From an uncultured delta proteobacterium (GTDB lineage: Bacteria; Myxococcota_A; Polyangia; Polyangiales; Houyiibacteriaceae), in contig CAVQHC010000007.1 of the NCBI GenBank assembly GCA_963712235.1, positions 221,144 to 285,143 on the forward strand: a stretch of 64,000 bases of DNA. Direction: 5' to 3'. This document shows positions 63,323 through 64,000 of this stretch, piece by piece; the stretch's first letter is position 1, and each line of letters opens with the position of its first letter. Position numbers and translations under genes: made by a program. The notes under the pieces were generated by a model. It did not search any database, was not told where the DNA came from, and worked only from the letters and a program-made list of their open reading frames with translations.

Positions 63323-63940
63323 ATGGCGGTTCATTCAACAGCCAAGAAGCGAAAAGGCTCCGCCCCGGAGAAACGGGACCGGATCCTCAAAGCCGCGATC
63401 CAGGTCTTCGCCAAGAATGGCTTCTACGCGACCCGGGTCAGCGAGATCGCGAAGGCCGCTGGAGTCGCGGACGGCACGATCTACCTCTACTTCAAGAACA
63501 AGGACGATGTCCTGATCACGATCTTCGCGGAAGGGATCGAGCAGCTGCTGACGATCCTTCGTGAAGTCGCCGAATCCGACGACACGTTCGAAAAACGCAT
63601 CAGCCGGATCATCGAGCTGCAGCTCGGCTTGCTCGAGGAGCAGCGCGACTTGGCCGAAGTGATCACGGTGAATCTTCGGCAATCGTCGCGTCTGCTCAAG
63701 CAATACGCGACACCGCTCTTCATGCAGTACATCGATGTCATCGCGGGCGTCGTCCGCGACGGGCAGAAGGAGGGCGCATTTCGCAAAGACCTCAATCCTC
63801 GCATCGTCGCGCGCAGCTTATTCGGCGCCCTGGATGCGATTCTGCTCACCTGGGCGCTCGGCGAAGGTGATCCTGCGGCGTTGCGCAAAGCCGCTTCACA
63901 TTGCGCCAGCCTCTTTCTCGAAGGCCTTCGTCAGCGCTAG
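63323..63940 (+). CDS. TetR/AcrR family transcriptional regulator
   Basis: N-terminal HTH KRDRILKAAIQVFAKNGFYATRVSEIAKAAGVADGTIYLYFKNKDD. 205 aa. Confidence 0.85.
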   Translation: MAVHSTAKKRKGSAPEKRDRILKAAIQVFAKNGFYATRVSEIAKAAGVADGTIYLYFKNKDDVLITIFAEGIEQLLTILREVAESDDTFEKRISRIIELQLGLLEEQRDLAEVITVNLRQSSRLLKQYATPLFMQYIDVIAGVVRDGQKEGAFRKDLNPRIVARSLFGALDAILLTWALGEGDPAALRKAASHCASLFLEGLRQR

Positions 63941-64000
63941 CGGAGCCCATCTGAAGGCGAGTCCACAAACGATGCGTTCCTCACCACGAGACCAGAGCTG

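Noticed and set aside
63321-63336. The inverted repeat GAATG-N6-CATTC overlapping the TetR start codon, as a possible autoregulatory operator.
   Set aside because: It is only 5 bp per arm, lies inside the coding start rather than in the promoter, and is expected by chance.

Overview
High-GC (roughly 60-65%) bacterial chromosome segment. Gene content suggests a Myxococcota/deltaproteobacterial-type genome: Ser/Thr kinase, many Cys-rich lipoproteins, a GldAFG-like ABC system and long RpoB/RpoC. That placement is inference only. No rRNA, CRISPR array, transposase, integrase, prophage or recognisable defence genes were seen.

The right third (47.6-61.4 kb, minus strand) is the conserved translation/transcription cluster: tRNA-Thr, tRNA-Tyr, tRNA-Gly, tRNA-Thr, tuf, rpmG, tRNA-Trp, secE, nusG, rplK, rplA, rplJ, rplL, rpoB, rpoC.

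The rest is housekeeping and envelope genes:
- ahcY with an ArsR-methyltransferase fusion, plus nth, ppnP, pgi with a ROK/polyphosphate glucokinase, and fabD
- a BolA/Grx4 pair, sucA, hsp20, rnr and deoA
- a MoxR / DUF58 / transglutaminase / TPR operon
- a GldA/F/G-like ABC system with a DUF4340-like protein
- an island of secreted lipoproteins
- a PilZ-like gene with a GGDEF cyclase

Main second-look items:
1. A compact three-gene locus at 44.58-46.52 kb: a lipobox-bearing precursor with two EASCGEGSCGGAK repeats, a DUF692 (MNIO) enzyme and a DUF2063 partner. This looks like a RiPP metallophore system.
2. A ~600-bp hairpin-rich composite repeat in two copies (8.74-9.35 kb and 33.12-33.72 kb). 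Compensatory base changes between copies preserve its stems.
3. Six apparent +1 (single-base insertion) frameshifts: four in the H+-pyrophosphatase gene, one at the rpoC 3' end and probably one in the DUF58 gene. All shift the same way, which points to assembly error rather than decay.
4. A rhomboid-fold protein whose catalytic Ser and His are replaced.
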